DNA of 64,000 nt. Source: Mobula hypostoma. Its lineage: Eukaryota. A model generated the notes under the pieces. The model was not told the origin of the DNA and searched no databases. It saw only the letters and a program-made list of their open reading frames with translations. Below, piece after piece: positions 38,799-53,648 of the stretch; the stretch's first letter is position 1; each line of letters begins with the position of its first letter. A program made the translations under genes and the position numbers. The DNA lies in contig NC_086108.1 in NCBI RefSeq assembly GCF_963921235.1, forward strand, positions 4,774,001 to 4,838,000, given 5' to 3'.

Positions 38799-41455
38799 CA
38801 TACAGCAATACAGCACAGAGTGGTGTGATCACTCAAGCTGAGTATGATGTTCTCCTAAAATGCTGTGTATTGGCTGTAGGGGCCCATCCAGGATCAACTT
38901 AACTGGGATGTTAGGGTGAATTCCCTTAGTGGAGAATGCCTGTGTGTGACTTTGCTTAACGTGGAGAGGCTGATGCACGGGCAGCCACCACTTGGTCCTT
39001 GACAGATCGGGGTCAGGGTGCAGTGGTATAGAATGCAAGACGACTGGGGACTCTAATCTGCTGCAGCCGTTGTGATGTGTCACCATCTTCTGCCAGCTCC
39101 ACAGCTGAGGCCGTGCTTGGATTGATCGCTCTTTAGAACCTCGTCCTTGACCTTACCACCTTGGGTGACCTGACCAGGGGTGAAGTTCCAGGTGGCTAAG
39201 CTCTAAATCGGGGGTCCCACCCCGGGGTCCACAAACCCCTCGGTCAATGGTATGGGTCCATGGCATAAAAAGGTTGGGAAATCCTGCTCCATATGGCATT
39301 GCTCTGGGAATCTCAGGAACTCACAAGCCACCCCAGCATGACAAGATGGCAATCCTCAGAGCACTCTAGTACAGACGAAGTGCTCTTTGGCTCTATGAGA
39401 ACATAGAACACAGAAATTTACAGCACATTAACCATAACCATATAACAATTACAGCACGGAAACAGGCCATCTCGGCCCTTCTAGTCCGTGCCGAACTCTT
39501 ACTCTCACTTAGTCCCACCGACCTGCACTCAGCCCATAACCCTCCATTCCTTTCCTGTCCATAGAGCTATCCAATTTAACTTTAAATGACAACATCGAAC
39601 CTACCTCAACCACTTCTGCTGGAAGCTCGTTCCACACAGCTACCACTCTCTGAGTAAAGAAGTTCCCCCTCATGTTACCCCTAAACTTTTGCCTTTGGCC
39701 CACAATGTTGTGCTGACCATGTAACCTACTCTAGAGTCTGCCTAAAATTTCCCCAGCACATAGCCCTCTGTTTTTCTAAGCTCTAAGAAATCAGATTTTC
39801 TAAGAATTGGATTGAGTTAAGGTTTGGGCATTACCTAATGCTGGTAGAGCCAATGGCAAAACTGATCAAGTGCAGAGGGAACAAGGAAAGACTGTGGCTG
39901 TAGGGGTGAATTGCACTGCACTGATCGAATTACTCATGGAATCGACAGTCCAACAGGCGGCAGTGAGATCTAGGCCCCAAGTGCATTGCTGGGCGGCGTG
40001 TTCTAGGCCCAGAGTGATTCACCTCAGCAGAGCCCAGGTCTATCCAGACAATATAAACACTGGCCCAGATAGACTCCTGCGGCGCTGAGGCCGTGAGGCT
40101 GCCTCCAGCTGCTGTACTTTGTGTCTGTCAGCTTTACGGCGATTTGCCCCACTAATATAATGAACTGATACTGAGGCTTTGGGCCTGCTCTGACCTGCTG
40201 GAATTTCGGATTTAAAGATTCAATTTGGTACAGAATGCTGTTGTTGTTGTTGCTTCTATTGTTTGCAGGATTTGTTTTTTTTTTCTTTCTTTGTGCGCAT
40301 TGGTGGTTGGTCTTTATTTTTTTTAATTGGGTTCTCTTGGATTTCTTGTTTTGTGGGTGCCTATAAGCAGACAAATCTCAAGGTTGTATAATTTATACAT
40401 TCTCTGATTATAAATCTACTTTGAATCTTTGAAATAACTCCTTTTGTGTGGTAACAACTCTGTGATTCTAAGGATGGGTGAGATTTTTCAATTTGACAGT
40501 GAGACTGAAGAAAAATAAATTTGTGTCTGTAAACTAAGAACTGACAAAGTCAGTTGCCAGTGGGCACTGTATTAGAGGATAGAACACCACAGCAAAGTAG
40601 AGGGCCTTTTTTTGGCTCATGATGCTAGGCCAACCTCATAGTCTACTTTATATTTTAACTGGGGTACAGAGGTAGACTGTTCTGCAAAGACTACTGTCCT
40701 GCACATCCATGGCTGTGTTCAAATCCCACCACAGCTGAGGAACTTAAACTCAGATAATTAAGCAGTATGAAATTAAAAAAGCTAATCACAGGAATGCCGA
40801 CCACTAAACTAACTACATGGCTTTAGGAAAGAACATTGCAATGCTCTTTTGAGATGAAAATCTGTCTGCCATCAGGAAGAAGGTACAGTAGCCTCAGGAC
40901 TCGTATCACCAAGTTTAGGAACAGGTATCATCAGGCGCATGTACCAGAGGGGATAACTTCACTCATCCCATCACTGAACTGTTCTCACAACCTATGGACT
41001 CATTTTGAAGGACTCTTCAACTCATATTCTCAATATTTATTGCTTGCTTGCTTGTTTGTTTGTTTATTTTTTTTTGCACATTGGGTGTTTGTCCATCTTG
41101 TTGTATGTGGTCTATTATTTTATTGTGCTTCTTGTCTCTACTATGAATGCCGGCAAGAAAATAAATCTCAAGTATGGAACGAGCTGCCAGCGCAAGCAGT
41201 GCATACAACCTCAATTTCAGTGTTTAAGAGGAGTTTAGATAGGTAGATGGAAGATAGGTGTATGGATGTCTATTGTCCGGGTGTAGGTCGATGGGATTAT
41301 GTGGTTTAAATGGTTTGGCATGGACTAGATGGGCCAAATGGCTTGTTTCTGCATTGTACTTTCCAATGACGCTGACTCTATGACTCAGGACTGTATATGG
41401 TGACATATAAGTACTTCGATTATATATTTACTCTGAACTTTCTATCCATGCTAGT

Positions 41456-42829
41456 GGAAAAGGAAAGGAAATTGCCTTTTAAACTCACGAGAGAGCGTAG
41501 GCCATCAACTTTTTGCTGTTGATGTTTCTGTAGCAGGCAATTTCTTTTTTACGAGGTTGAGTCGTGAGCTCGATGCTCAACCCAGCACGGATAGAAAGCG
41601 TGCCAGGGAAGCCGGCTGGATTCGAACTCAGGAGCCTTCACTCCGAAGCCAGCAATGCGGACCGGCCGACCGGGGGGGGCGGGGGTAGGTTTGCCAACGC
41701 ACGAGAGTAGCAGTCAAATGCGTTGTTTACCCAAAAGACTACAATGACCATGAAGCCTTGCGCGGGCACCAATGCGCATGCGCGTCACACCTGCCGATTT
41801 CCACCCCCCCCCACCCAAAGCAAATCCTTTTTGGCGATTCTGTTCGTGGGGGTGGATGTTAATCACTACCGGAATATAGGTGATAAGTGGGTAATACACT
41901 CAATTTTGTTTCTAAAAGGGTTTATCTAACAAATTTAATATTAAACACACAGCGCATATTTTCCTCGCATGGATATAATGATACGTCAATTATCAGGGGA
42001 GCTTGAAGTGTTGAACGAACTTCCAGTAGTAGCAGAAGCAGGTTCGATATGATCATTTAAAGAAAAATTGGATGGGTATATGGACAGGAAAGCAATGGAG
42101 GGTTATAGGCTGAGTGCAAGTTGGTGGGACTAGGTGAGAGTAGCGTTCGGCACGGACTAGAAGGGCCGAGATGGCCTCTTTCTGTGCTGTAATTGTTATA
42201 TGGTTATACAGGCCACTTATAAGTCAATAGCATCATAACATTTTAAGTAATATTTGGATATTAAACGCACAGCACATATTTTCCCCGTATGAATATATTA
42301 AATCATTGCAACGCACCAATATCGCTGAATCAGTGGGAGCCCTGGGCTTGTTTCCCTGCAACAAGACGGTCCTATCGAGGGGTGATGGGAGACAGCGATA
42401 CTCGAAGGGGGTTCCTTATGTCCAGTCTATTCCGCAATTTAGTTTTCGTTGCATTCATTACAGAAAACTCCACTTCACAGAAAAATGTTGGAAATGAAAG
42501 CAACGTTTTCACTGCTTTCGCGGCTTTCTCAGGATATTTAGCCTTGACTTTGATCCAAAATGCCGACAGAGATGTTATGTCAAACATAATTTTCAGCCCG
42601 TCGTCATTTGCAAGCTCGAGGAGTTGATCGCCTTCCCATCCTGACACGGATGACGCGCAGTCATGACCTCGCATGCGTAATGGCTGATCAGTGGCTGTGA
42701 CAGGGAATGAGGAAGGGTGCAGCTGACCAAATCATATCGCTTCCTCGCGGCCCGGTAGCGCATGCTCTGCGGCCCGGTATCGGTCTGCGGTCCGGTGGTT
42801 GGGGACCGCTGCACTACGCCACCAGCTGG
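41456..42829 (-). mobile_element. tRNA-derived SINE with 15-bp target-site duplication, interrupted by a hAT element
   Basis: TCTATCCATGCTAGT at 41441-41455 and 42830-42844; A box TGGCGTAGTG near 42812-42821 and B box GTTCGAATCC near 41618-41627 on the minus strand. Confidence 0.8.
41658..42811 (-). mobile_element. Buster/Charlie-type hAT deletion derivative containing a CR1 3' end
   Basis: Terminus CAGCGGTCCCCAACC at 42811; ORF 42372-42674 FWIKVKAKYPE...LLSFPTFFCE..FS...TKTKLRNRL resembles the hATC dimerisation domain; CR1 tail at about 42010-42208. Confidence 0.8.
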
Positions 42830-42934
42830 TCTATCCATGCTAGTCCCTTTCCTATAATACCATGTATCTTGTTAAGCAGCCTCATGGAAATCCAAGTTAA
42901 CAACACCCACTGACTCTAAGAACTCCAATAGATA

Positions 42935-44412
<1,478 letters not shown>

Positions 44413-45120
44413 TATGTCAGGCAAAATTTCCCTTAAGGAAACTATGCTGACTTTGGCCTATTTTATCATGTGCCTCCAAGTATCTTGAAACCCCATCCTT
44501 AACAGTCAACTCAAACATCTTCCCAACCATTGAAACCAGGCTAACTGGCCTATAATTTCCTGTCTTCTGCTTCCCTTCCTTTTTAAAAAGTGGAATTACA
44601 TTTGCAATTTTCCTGTCCTTCGGAACCATTTGAGTAGCTAGTGATTCTTGAAAATCATTACAAATGCCTTTATAATCTCTTCAGCTACCTCTTTCAGAAC
44701 TCTGAGGTGTAGTGCAACTGGTCCAGGTGACTTATCTATTTTCAGGCCTTTCAGCCGCTCAAGCACCTTCTCCCTAGGAATAGCAACTACACTTCCTTCT
44801 AGCTCCTGACACTCTTAAATTTCTGGCATATGGCTATAGTGCCTTCAACAGTGAAGACTGACGCAAAATATTTAATTAAGTTCACCCACCCATTACTACC
44901 TCTCCTGTGTCATTTTCCAGTTGTCCGACATCCACTCTTGCCTCTTTTACTCGTTATGTATCTGAAGAAGCTTTTGGTGTCCTCTTTTATATTACTGGCT
45001 AGCATGCCTTCATATTTCATCTTTTCTCCCTTTATTGCTTTTTAGTTACCTTCTGTTGGTTTTTAAAAGTTTCCCAATCCTCTAACTTCCCAACAATTTT
45101 TGCTCTATTATATGCCCACT
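44413..45120 (-). mobile_element. CR1 ORF2 fragment hosting the SB-like insertion (continues at about 42880-42934)
   Basis: IANVIPLFKKEG...GNYRPVSL...IGQSQHSF. Confidence 0.82.
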
Positions 45121-46310
45121 CTTTTCCTTTCATGCCTCATCAAAGAAAATTTATTATCACAAGTACATATATGTAACCATACCACAAAGGTAAGATTCAT
45201 TTTAACTTTTAAAATTCAATTTAGTGATACAGCCCTACTGTCCCAAAAAGACCACGCTGCCAAATTACACCAATGTGACCAATTAACCTACAAACCCATG
45301 TCTTTGGAATGTGGGAGGAAAGCAGAGCGCTTGGAGGAAATCCACACAGTCATGAGGAGTACGTACAAACTCCTTACAGTCAGCAGTGGGATTCAAACAA
45401 GGTCGCTGGTGCTCTAATAGCATTATGCTACCATGGTGCCCTTTTCTTGTGGGAATTCACAGTAAATACAAAACAACAAAACATTAACAGTAAGTAAACA
45501 AGCGATAAATATCAAGAACATGAGATGAAAAGTCCTTAAAAGTGAGTCCTTTGGTTGTGGGAACAATTCAGTCTTGGGGCAACTGAAATTGAGTGAAGTT
45601 ATTGCCTTTGGTTCTAGATGGTTGAGGGGTAACATAACTGTTCTTCATACTGATAGTGTGGGTCTCTGATGACGGATGCAGCTTTCCTGTGACAACATTT
45701 CATGTGGATGTGCTCAATGGTGGGGAGGGCTTTCTCCGTGACAGATAACTGCTGCATTCACTAACAAGAGAAAATCTACAGATGCTGTAAATCTGAGCAA
45801 CACCCACAAAATGCTGCAGGAACTCAGCAGGCCAGGCAGCATCTATTGAAAACCCTTCAGAAGGGTCTCAGCCCAAAACGTCAACTGTACATTTTCCACA
45901 GATGCAGCCTGGTCTGCTGAATTCCTCCAACATTTTGCGTGTGTTGCTGCAACCACGAAATTGAAGAGGTTTCAAGTATAAATTCTATGGAATTGCAATA
46001 TGGAATACCCGCCATTTTAAGCAACACACATAAAATGCTGGAGGAACTCGGCAGGCCAGGCAGGATTTTCTCTTGTTTGTTACCCACCACTTTATCCTGG
46101 TGACATCTGGGCACTGAACACAAGGTGGAGGAACTGTTTAGAGAGAGAGGGCTGTAGTCACATTGATGCCTACAGTGTTCAGCAGAACAACACAGAACAC
46201 AACAACAGAAAAACAAGCTCTGTTTCTCCCTCCCACCACTGAAATACATACAGTCCTTAAATCCCAGGAGTGAAGCTAGCAGACAAGAGCACACAGCTTG
46301 GTTACTCTAC

Positions 46311-47781
46311 CTTTTCCGTGGAAATAATCTTGGTAGTATCTGGCTCCACGGTCCACGTGCTCGATACTGAAGTGCTTTAATCTCTCGTGCCGCAGTTGCA
46401 ATTCCTTTGGCACCTCAAGCACAGATACACTCGCGTTTGTGCAGTACGGGTTCCACACCATCTTTGGAAAACCACCTTCACAGTCTACACTCAGGCCAGC
46501 ATCGATGCTGGCCTTTGACAGGCTGATGTCCCGCTCGTTCGTACCACCTGTCTCGTTACGGAAGTGAGGGCAATTTAGGAGCAGATCATTGCAGTTGCTG
46601 TCGCCCAGATCAGGTTCCAAGTCCTCTTTGCCATTCACCTCCTCAGTGCTGGTAAAGTTGGAATCCAAGTTTCCCTGAGCAAGAGAGCGTGATGCGGCCA
46701 GCGAGGCAGCCGAGGCAGCAGAAGCCCCAGTAGTGGTATTCCTCCGGTGGGCCACATAGTTTCGGTTGCTCACCACCTCGTTGAGGTCGAACAGTATGCT
46801 TTGAACGTCAAAATGCCCAAAGCTCTTCTGACAAACCCACGGCTTACTGCTGTCCTGGGACCTACTGTCTTCGTGGTCCGAGCTCGGCTGCCCTGGCTCC
46901 TGCTCACTTCTGCTGCTGCGCAGTTTCTTCAAGATGGACTCGCCGCTTTCATTCCGCAGCTGCTTCTTGCGCGATTTCTCCCGGTCTTTGTGCGCATTCT
47001 TTGGTTCGAGCCTCTGAGATGATTCGCTCCGGCTATCGTCGGCCTTGGTGCTGCCTTCCAGACTGAGACAGGAAGCCCTGCTCGGGTCGACCCGCAGCAA
47101 TTGCTTGAGGTCTTCCGGCACAGAGCTCCGCTGATCGGTCTTCTCATTTCTGAACTCTTTCAACATGTCAAAGAAGCTTTCAGTAGCCACTCCATGAACG
47201 TCAATGGATGAAGTGCTGCCATATTCCCTTAGGGGAAGCATTCCACTCCCATGTTTGGTCCCTTTATAGTCTAGGGCTCCTTCACCATCATACTCATTGA
47301 GAGTCACCTCACTGTTACTTCGCATTCTCAGTGAAACAAACATCTTGGTTGGAGACCGAGGCCATCCCTCCTGAAACTCTACTTCCTTGGCTTTTCCTTG
47401 AGGTTTGCGGGAGAGGCTTTGAGCCCAAGGGGCTTGAGGAGTACTTTGACAGCTCGGATAACACTGACCATTATGAAAGCCTCGTGCCGTATCTACCATG
47501 GGTCCATCCAAGTCCATTGCTGTGCTCCCTGTGGAATCCTTTGTTACATCCTGTTTTGGAGGCCAGTCAGCGATGCGAGCTCGGACTCCCATTTTTGGCA
47601 TGGCGGGTGCAGAACTTGCCCGCAGCACGTTCTCTCCCTGACCGCACACATTCCCGTTCTGGGCCCTGAATGGAGGTGCATAGTAATCGCATGTGCCCGT
47701 GGAGGCAAGGACTTCAATGCCGGCCGTAACAATTCCACCGACCTCCACCTTTTCATTTTGAACAGGCCTATAGCTTGTCAT
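46311..47781 (-). CDS. SIPA1L3: SIPA1L3 first coding exon (N-terminal region, 1471 nt, ends phase 1)
   Basis: Translation MTSYRPV...PAMPKMGVRARIADWPPK...EVEFQEGWPRSP...REYGSTSSID...PWVCQKSFGHFDVQS...RRNTTTGASAASAAS...GARYYQDYFHGK matches SIPA1L3 as I recall it (MT-YR start and GWPRSP are SIPA1L3-like). Donor AAAG|GTAGAG at 46311/46310. Confidence 0.93.
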
Positions 47782-48129
47782 AGTCCGTCAACATGCAGTC
47801 GCGCAAGCAGCAACAGAAAGATCCCAGTCATTTCCTTGGCTGACAGAAGCCACTTGTTCAAGCTTCAAACAGAACCAATTCCAACAAGCAGAGATGGGAT
47901 TAAGGAGCAGCTATGCTATATATCGGGATCAGCCATAACTTTTCATATTTCCTTGTCATCCACATGTCAATTGTTTTTGTGCAGCAGCGGAAAGAATCGA
48001 TGAGACCAAAGATGGGAAAACCAAGACTGGATGAAGTTCAGTTAATTCTAAATACTCCCCATGTGCCGTTTGGCAGATTGACCAAGGCGTGGCATTGGAT
48101 TCTTTAACCAGATGGAGATCGATGTAATC
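47782..48129 (-). other. SIPA1L3: Predicted 5' UTR part of the SIPA1L3 start-codon exon
   Basis: Nearest strong upstream acceptor TTCTATTCTTTTTGCAG|GATTAC at 48130/48129; non-repetitive sequence from there to the ATG. Boundary is inferred. Confidence 0.6.
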
Positions 48130-50039
48130 CTGCAAAAAGAATAGAATAATTGATTATCACTTCATAACAAAGACACTGAAATCCAAAATTAAACATTTTT
48201 GATGCATTTGTTGGTTTGGGTGCAACAAGAGGAATCAAGTAGAATGGTTGGCACGCAGAGAGTCGAGAGAGTGGAAATGCCCCAGTACAACAGCGCTTCC
48301 ATTTTAAAAACTCCTCCGCCCAGGTCTCCTGTCATCGTTGGGTATGGTGGACAACCACCACAACGTACAGCTCACAAGTTTTTCTTGCACTTGATCTAAT
48401 TTGATTCTTATATTTCCAACAGGCGGAGCCAGCTCCTTGTCTACTCCCAGGCTTTTCTGACTGAAATATGATCCAAAATACTCAAACAAATTTTATTGAG
48501 ACATCTCATTGTAACCTTTATTGAGAAACACTTTCTGTGATATCACATACCATGAATTGGGAGGCAAATCATAAACATACTGGAAAAGGCCAAACGGCAC
48601 CCAAACCAGGAAGACTAATCTCAAAAATAGTTACTTCCCCCAACCTGGCAGGCTGAATAACATCTCCACCCATTAACCCACCACACCAACACTACATCTC
48701 CCAAGAGGACCACGACTATGCTGCAGAGTTTGGAGACCCGGAGAGCTCTGCTGGCTACAGTCAGGACTTTATGCTTTGGCCCTTGCTAGGGATACCCATG
48801 CAAAACAGATCAAAGGGTAAAGGTCAGACTAAGAGTGGTCCACCAGCCCTTCAGGTTTGGGAGTTCAGCTCGGTACTAACAACCCTGACTGGTAAAAACA
48901 GAATCATTATGGATACAGTAACGAAGAATCCTTCTACATCTGTTGCAATGATATTCCTGAGTCACCACCCGGGACTTGCATGACTAACACGATGAAGGAA
49001 GTCATGAACACTGTCAGAGATTGAGGACCTTCATTGCTGCCCTAAACACCAGCAGCATAACAGGCAGTAAGTAATTACCACCACTACATACATATCACAT
49101 AGCGTCATTTTATACGTTCAGTCTCTGTATATAACAGTTACTTGAAAATTGTATTTTTATAGGAGTGCTTTTATACTTATACGGGAGGCGGAGATACGTC
49201 TCTAACAGAGGAGGTATAAGGCACCCCTTCCCCCGCTAGTCTGCAGGTCACCCTCGGGCAAGGTGTATCACCTGCTTAGCACCCCCCCCCCCCGATCAGG
49301 ATGGCGTGAAGCCATATGAGCAGCTGGTGCATATCACAAGTCCTGGTTATGCGATCACTGACGCCAAGCAGACAATCTCTGAAGAGTACTGATAATATTG
49401 ATAATGACTGGGGGGGGGGGGGTGAGGGGGAGGGGGAGTCACCGGTCTTGTAAAGACACTGCCTGGAAGAAGGCAATGGTAAACCACTTCTGTAGAAAAA
49501 TTTACCAAGAATGACTGTGGTCATAGTGAAGACTATGACCACACACGTCATACGACGTAGCACAAAATGACACCTTCATATGACACAGCACATGACGTTA
49601 TGTTCTTTATGCTTTTTATGCTCCATCAGATTCGCGGTAACAATCATTTTGTTCTCTTTTACACTCGTGAACTGAAGAATGGCAATAAGCAATCTTGAAT
49701 CTTGAATTTGGGATATTGATAGATTTTGGTGCTTGGTCTATGGATTGAGCAATCCCATCACCTGAGTTACTTCCTGCTGACCTAATCTCTCCAACATACC
49801 CGTCCTGATTCTCCTAACACCCACTCACACCAAGGGGCAATTTACAAAAGCTAATTAATGGACTGGCCAACACGAATTTGAAATATGGGTGGATATGAGA
49901 CCATCACTAGGAAACACTGCAGTCACATACAGAATGTGCAAAGAATAGGCCGTTTGGATTCAGAACTAGCTTTCCCATAAAAGGGGGTAGTGGTCAATAG
50001 GACTTATTCTGGCTGAAACTCTGTGACTAGCGGTGCATT

Positions 50040-51220
50040 TTTCTTTAACAAAGTAAACTTTATTTACAAAAAACTATTTATAAGAATAAACCATTTCATG
50101 GCTTTCCATTCTTCACAGACACATTCAATGCTTTTCCTACACTGCTGCCACTCGTGTGCCACTCTTGGTTTTTATATGAAATGCTACAATCACTGAGGTG
50201 TTTCCTCGCTCCACCCGGCCCCTCGCAGTGGCTGCACCAAACTTCAGTGCATCCCTCAACAGATAATCCTGCAGCCTGGAATATATCAGTCGGCAGCATT
50301 CCTCCACGGACATCTCGATGTGCTGGTAGACCAACAAGTTTTGGGCCAACCGAGGGACGTCATTCACCAAGTTGCTATTCTGCCAGCAGCTCCTGATGTC
50401 TGTCTCCATGTGGTTGTCCGGGAACAGCCCGTAGATCAGAGAGCTCTCTGCCACGCAGCTGCCGGGGATGAAATGCAACACAAGCCCTTTCATCTTCCTC
50501 CACATCTCCTTTGCAAAACCACAGTGTGTGAAAAGGTGAGTTACTGTTTCGTCCCCACTGCAGTCATCCCGCACGTAGCAAGTTGTGGGGACGATGCTCT
50601 GGGCATGCAGGAAGGATCTGACTGGGAGGGCCCCTCTCACCCCCAGCCAGGCCAGGTCCTGGTGCCTGTTGGTGAGGCCTAGCGATGAGGCATCTGCCAG
50701 ATGGTCTGGACAGTCTGCTCAGGGGACCACCCTACTAAGTCCATTGTGTCCTTTTCCTGCAGTGACTGCAGGACATTCCCTGTTGATTACCGCCTCATGG
50801 GCTCGTGAGCAAGGCTGTTAGTAGGCGAGAACTTTCCCACGAACGACAGGTAGTGTGTCAACATTCAGCTGACTATGACGTTGTGTGGTAACAGGGCCAA
50901 AGCGATCTTTTGCAACCTGGGGGACAGGCAGAACCTCAGCATGCCATGGTACTTGGTGCCAAACACACAGCCTGATGCAGCCACTCACTAAGGTGGTAAT
51001 CAGCGTGAGGGCGACACTGGAACGACATTTCAAATCTACCGTCTGCCCTCATTGTCCAGGGACTTGTGCATGGTGACCCATCTGACCCACTCTATCTTGG
51101 ATCCCCAGATGAAACTGAAGACCGCCTGGGTGATTCCCAAGCTGGAGGGACAGGGGATGGACCACACCTGTGCCGAGTACTGGGAAGGTACGCTCAGACA
51201 CAGAGGGCCTGTGCGCACTC
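50040..51220 (-). mobile_element. L1/Tx1-clade LINE 3' fragment
   Basis: FSFIWGSKIEWV, RGALPVR...C...C..DETVTHLFTHC zinc-knuckle region; T-rich tail near 50040. Confidence 0.75.
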
Positions 51221-53612
51221 TTAGCTAAGTGTCTGATTGTTGAATATTTAGTTTTGTAGTCTGTGTAACTTTGGGGAGACTTGGATGTTTGATCAAATCT
51301 TTTACTGTTGGTAAATAAATGATTAATATGCTTATTCGTAGTCAATGTTTTCTGCCTCACTCACCAAACCCATGAACCTGCATATGTATATGTACATTAC
51401 ATATGTACATAGGATGTTGAACAGTACGGTATATTACAGGTCCTTTGTCCTACGATGCTGTACTGAACTTTTAACCTACTCTAAACTCAATCTAGCACTT
51501 CCCTCCCACGTTGCCCTCCATTTTTCTAACATTCATGTACCTTTCTTAAATGCCTGTAATGTATCTGCCTCTACCACCACTCCTGGCTGCTCGTTCCACA
51601 CACCCATACTCTCGGTGTAAGAAACCTCCTGTCTGACATTCCCCCTTATAGCTTCCTCCAATCAACTTAAAATGATGTCCCCTCATATTAGCTACTCCGC
51701 CCTGGGAGATTGTCTCTGGCTGTTCACTCCATCTACGCCTCACATCATCTTGTACACCTCTGTCAAGTTGCCTCTCATCCTCCTTCACTCCAAAGAGAAA
51801 AGCCCTAATTCGCTCAACCTATCCTCATAAGACACGCTCTCTAATCCAGGTATCATCGTGGTTAAGTGTCCTCTGTACCCTCTCTAAAGCTTTCATATCC
51901 TTTCTATAATGAGGCAATGAGAAGTGAACACAACACTCCAAGTGTGGTCTATCCCGGGCTTATAGAGTTGCAACGTTACCTCTTGGGCTCAATCTCCTGT
52001 ATTACGAATAACCTATCCTGGACCCAACATATCCTGACAATACACACAAAATGCTGGAGGAACTCAGCAGGCCAAGCAGCATCTTTGGAAAAAAGTACAG
52101 TTGATGTTTTGGGCTGAAACACTTCAGCAAGACTGGAGAAAAAAAGCTGAGGAGTAGATTTGAAAGGTGGGAGAGAGAAATGCCAGGCGAAGGGTGAACC
52201 TGGGGGGGGGAGCGGCGGAGGATGAAGCAAGGAGCTAGGTGAAGGAGACAGAAGGCCATGGAGGAAGGAAGAAAGGGTGGGGGGGGGAGCACCAGAGGGA
52301 GGTGATGGGCAAGCAAGGAGATAACGTGAAAGAGGGATAAGGGGATGGGAAATGCTGAAGGGGGTGGTGGAGGCATTGCTGGAAGTTTGAGAAATTGATG
52401 TTCATGCTATCAGGTTGGAGGCTACCCAAATGAAATATAAGGTGTTGTCCCAACATATCATTGTAGCTTGGTTTGTCATCTAAAACATTCAAAAATTTCT
52501 ACATATGTACCGTGGAGAGCATTCTGACTAGCTGCATCATTGTCTGGTATTGGGGATGGGGGGTGCAACTGGGCTGGATTAAAGTAAGCTGCAGACAGTT
52601 GTAAAATTAGTCAGCTCCATCATGGACGCTAGCCTCCATAGTATCCAAGACATCTTCAAGGAGCGATGCCTCAAAAAAGGGGCATCCATCATTAAGGACC
52701 CTCATCACCCAGGTCATGCCATGTTCTCATTGCTACCATCAGGAAGAAAGTACAGGAGCCTGAAGGCACACACTCAACGATTCAGGAACAGCTTCTTCCT
52801 CTTTGTCGTCTAATTTCTGAATGGACATTGGACCCATGAACACTACCTCACTACTTTTTTTAATTTCTGTTTTTGCATTACTTATTTAACTATTTTACGT
52901 ATATATTTACTTTAAATCACTGTTTTTTCTGTATTTATCATGTATTGCATTATACTGCTGCTGCAAAAATAACAAGTTTCATGACATTTGCCGGTAATAT
53001 GAAATCTGATTCTGACAACCCGTACGCCTTCTTAAAAACCCTGTCAACTTGCACGGCAACCTAGAGGGATTTATGGATGTTTCTTTCTGTTTTTCTTTCT
53101 TTCTCTCTCATTCTCATCCATCCCTAATTTACACAAATATCAAAAAATAAGGTAGGTTCTTTCACAAGTTGTCCCAGCTGAGAATACCAAAATGAACCTC
53201 CACAATACGCTTTGAGCTCATAAGTGCAAGTTTCATCTTGACAAGGATGTGAACCACCCAGCCACATATTTGCCTTATTGTTTAAGAATCGATTCAGTAA
53301 TCCTGCTTTCCCACAACTGCTAAACAAGATTGCTGCTGAAAGATGTCTGGCGATCGGAGGTGGTGCTGTTTATAGTAATCTCTTAGGAGCAGGCCAGTGC
53401 AGACCTGCTTCTAACTTTGGACAATGTGAGTCAGTGGACTTGGTTGGTTCAGGTTCCAAGGTGCAGACAGCAAGTCGTGCCAATGTACAGCTATTTACCA
53501 AGAATAAATCTGCAGCCTTTTGTCTTCTGTGCTGCAGCACAAGTCATCTAGATGACATATTTATTAGTTACATACATCAAAGTTGCCAAGCAGCATCTAT
53601 AGGAAGAGGCGC

Positions 53613-53648
53613 AGTCGACGTTTCAGGCCGAGACCCTTCGTCAGGACT
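53613..53648 (-). ncRNA. Minimal type I hammerhead ribozyme with intact core (Penelope-type)
   Basis: Minus strand agtc-CTGACGA-agg-gtctcgg-cct-GAAA-C-GTC-gact: stem I agtc/gact, core CUGANGA and GAAA, GUC cleavage triplet, loopless palindromic stem III. Confidence 0.75.

Noticed and set aside
41610..41660. tRNA-like B box GTTCGAATCC
   Set aside because: Part of a SINE head, not a complete tRNA gene.
46311..47781. Assignment as SIPA1L1 or SIPA1L2
   Set aside because: MT-YR start, EFQ-GWPRSP, KYAAQLD and [12 protein letters not shown] fit SIPA1L3 better as recalled; a phylogenetic tree would confirm.
46747..48003. + strand ORFs up to 201 aa
   Set aside because: Antisense to the first coding exon, with no recognisable domain.
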